Source of the DNA: Gilvimarinus chinensis DSM 19667
GTDB taxonomy: Bacteria > Pseudomonadota > Gammaproteobacteria > Pseudomonadales > Cellvibrionaceae
DNA: 32,000 nucleotides
NCBI RefSeq assembly: GCF_000377745.1
Contig: NZ_KB898707.1
Coordinates: forward strand, 66,718 to 98,717
Direction: 5' to 3'
This document shows positions 30,363-32,000 of the stretch, in pieces. The notes beneath the pieces were generated by a model. It ran no database searches, had not been told where the DNA came from, and saw only the letters and a list, made by a program, of their open reading frames with translations. Position numbers and translations under genes: made by a program. Position 1 is the stretch's first letter. Each line of letters opens with the position of its first letter.

Positions 30363-32000
30363 ATGTCTAACATCACCCAACGCTTCAAATTGACCGCGCT
30401 TTCGGCTGCCATACTGGCCAGCCACGGGATAGGCGCCTACGCTCAAACAGATTCAGACCCTGCTGCCGATGAACTGGTACTTGAAGAAGTCGTGGTTCGT
30501 GGTATCCGCGGCGCGCTGCAAAAGTCCATCGACAATAAACGCGATGCTCAGCAGATAATGGATACCATTAACTCTGAGGATATGGGTAAAAACACCGACC
30601 AAAACATTGCCGATGCTCTGGGTCGCGTTACCGGTGTTTCCGTGGTAAGCCGAGATGGTGAAGGCTCGACCATTACCGTCCGTGGTGCTGGTGCGAACCA
30701 AAACAACATTACTCTGAACGGCCAACAACTGACCTCCACTGACTTTAGCCAGGCGGTCGATCTAAGCGCTTATTCATCGGATATTCTTTCTAAACTGGAG
30801 GTGATTAAAACACCTAGCGCAGACCAAGACGAAGGCTCGCTGGGGGCGACCGTGAACCTGGTCACCGTGCGTCCGCTTGACAAAGCCGATGACGAGTTCA
30901 CCGCGACGATTCAGGGGCGCTACAACGACTTTAGTGAAAAAGATAACTACAAACTGCAATTGGCGGGCTCTAAAAAGTTTCTTGATGACACTTTTGGTGT
31001 TGCCTTAACCGCTTATACAGAAACCAACGATTATCGAAAAGATCAGTATCGAACAGGAAAATGGGAAGAACAAGATATAAATATTGCACGTGACCAAGAT
31101 GGCAATATCATCTCTGGAATCCGTGCGCTTACTCCAAGCGGCATAAACTATGAGCTCTTTGATAATTCCAGTGAACGCTACGGTGGTACCGTAGGCTTAC
31201 AATGGGCTCCCACCCACCGTACCGAGCTTAGCTTTGACGCGACCTATGCCAACCAAACAACCGAACAAAACTATGACGGTTTTTCGCTGCGCATGGGTAC
31301 TGACCCAAACTTGATCGAAAATCAAAATTGGAGCCAAAACTACCCCGATCAGGTCGCTAGTTTTACCGACCCTCAAGAAGATTGGTGGACCGTAGATACC
31401 AATACTCTTACCTTAGTCGAACAAGTTAACCGCTATAGCATTGGCGACATAACCCGCTCCGAAGGTGGCAATGAGCAAGAAAATGCTAGCGCCACCCTTC
31501 GCTTTGAACAAGAAATTACCGACAAGTTTCGCATGTCGGCCATGGCCGGTTACTCCAGCAGTACATCTGAGAGCCTACCAAGCCGCTACACCAACATGCA
31601 AAACTGGAAACAAGTACCTTCCAACATTCTGTTTGAAGCAGGTCAAGAAATTGAACCAGTAGGCTATCAATGTCATGGCGATGTTTGCACCCCAGTATTT
31701 GGTAGCAGCTACGTCGACCTGGGTGACAACCTTTTAGACTTCACCGACCCAGAAACTGGCTTACCTTTGCCAGGCTCTGACGATAATACCGCTTACACCG
31801 GCTTCAACCCAAATGACTTAAACAGTTTCCATTTAGGCAGTATTTCAGAAGCCGACGTAACCGTAGAAGACACCATCAGCAATGTGCAACTGGACTTCGA
31901 TTACGATTTAGATTTTGCTGGTATTACCACCATCGAGTTTGGAGGCAAAATAAGCCAGCGTGAAAAACTCGTCGATCAACAAAACTACACCTACAACTCT
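30363..32000 (+). CDS. TonB-dependent outer-membrane receptor (carbohydrate-scavenging type), C-terminus beyond the window
   Basis: Absent from the track because it is open at the right edge. My translation from ATG 30363 (RBS AGAGAGG) reads MSNITQRFKLTALSAAILASHGIGAYA (signal peptide), then the plug domain LEEVVVRGIRGALQKSIDNKRDAQQIMDTINSEDMGKNTDQNIADALGRVTGVSVVSRDGEGSTITVRGAGANQNNITLNG. The frame is open to 32000. Confidence 0.9.
   Translation, partial: MSNITQRFKLTALSAAILASHGIGAYAQTDSDPAADELVLEEVVVRGIRGALQKSIDNKRDAQQIMDTINSEDMGKNTDQNIADALGRVTGVSVVSRDGEGSTITVRGAGANQNNITLNGQQLTSTDFSQAVDLSAYSSDILSKLEVIKTPSADQDEGSLGATVNLVTVRPLDKADDEFTATIQGRYNDFSEKDNYKLQLAGSKKFLDDTFGVALTAYTETNDYRKDQYRTGKWEEQDINIARDQDGNIISGIRALTPSGINYELFDNSSERYGGTVGLQWAPTHRTELSFDATYANQTTEQNYDGFSLRMGTDPNLIENQNWSQNYPDQVASFTDPQEDWWTVDTNTLTLVEQVNRYSIGDITRSEGGNEQENASATLRFEQEITDKFRMSAMAGYSSSTSESLPSRYTNMQNWKQVPSNILFEAGQEIEPVGYQCHGDVCTPVFGSSYVDLGDNLLDFTDPETGLPLPGSDDNTAYTGFNPNDLNSFHLGSISEADVTVEDTISNVQLDFDYDLDFAGITTIEFGGKISQREKLVDQQNYTYNS

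Noticed and set aside
1-32000. Looked for CRISPR arrays, rRNA and tRNA/tmRNA genes, especially next to the integrase at 14500-14750 and 15927-16180 and at the left island edge.
   Set aside because: I found no regularly spaced direct repeats, no rRNA-like conserved stretches and no cloverleaf or GGTTCGAATCC-type T-arm. The island does not appear to be tRNA-associated within this window.

Overview
All calls come from reading the sequence and the ORF track by eye. No BLAST, HMM or structure search was run.

The window looks like a chromosomal segment of a marine polysaccharide-degrading gammaproteobacterium. I infer it is Cellvibrionaceae/Saccharophagus-like from the poly-serine linkers, the GH16+2xCBM6 agarase architecture and the type of TonB-dependent receptor.

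The backbone is a carbohydrate-active locus:
- GH3 beta-glucosidase (1-1882, -)
- FG-GAP/ASPIC lipoprotein and a PAP2/vanadium-haloperoxidase-like lipoprotein (2186-5887, +)
- Beta-helix lyase-like enzyme with a poly-Ser linker (6000-7487, -)
- GH16 beta-agarase (16183-17946, +)
- YdeP-type molybdoenzyme (18039-20231, -)
- GH50-like agarase (20401-22719, +)
- A tightly packed four-gene minus-strand operon (30016 to 22802): two PVC-type heme-binding dehydrogenase-like proteins, a small secreted protein and a DUF1080 protein
- TonB-dependent receptor (30363 to the window end, +)

An AT-richer, partly decayed integrative island of about 8.5 kb (about 7655-16100) sits between the lyase gene and the GH16 gene. 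It carries:
- a tyrosine recombinase
- a Tus (replication terminator protein) homolog next to a pair of inverted Ter-like 16-mers
- a HipA kinase followed, not preceded, by an XRE HTH gene
- an orphan DUF2384 antitoxin-like gene
- a chimeric HTH/HipA-N-like ORF that overlaps a small membrane protein gene
- an IS110 transposase stump
- a GspG-like stump
- a RecB-like nuclease remnant

The most interesting items are:
- the island-borne Tus/Ter-like module
- the heme-dehydrogenase/DUF1080 operon embedded in the agarolytic locus
- the chimeric ORF with its overlapping membrane protein gene
- an A10 tract that separates a lipoprotein gene from its obvious start codon
- a recurring GTATAC-type palindrome in the promoters of the polysaccharide genes

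I recognised no rRNA, tRNA or CRISPR array.
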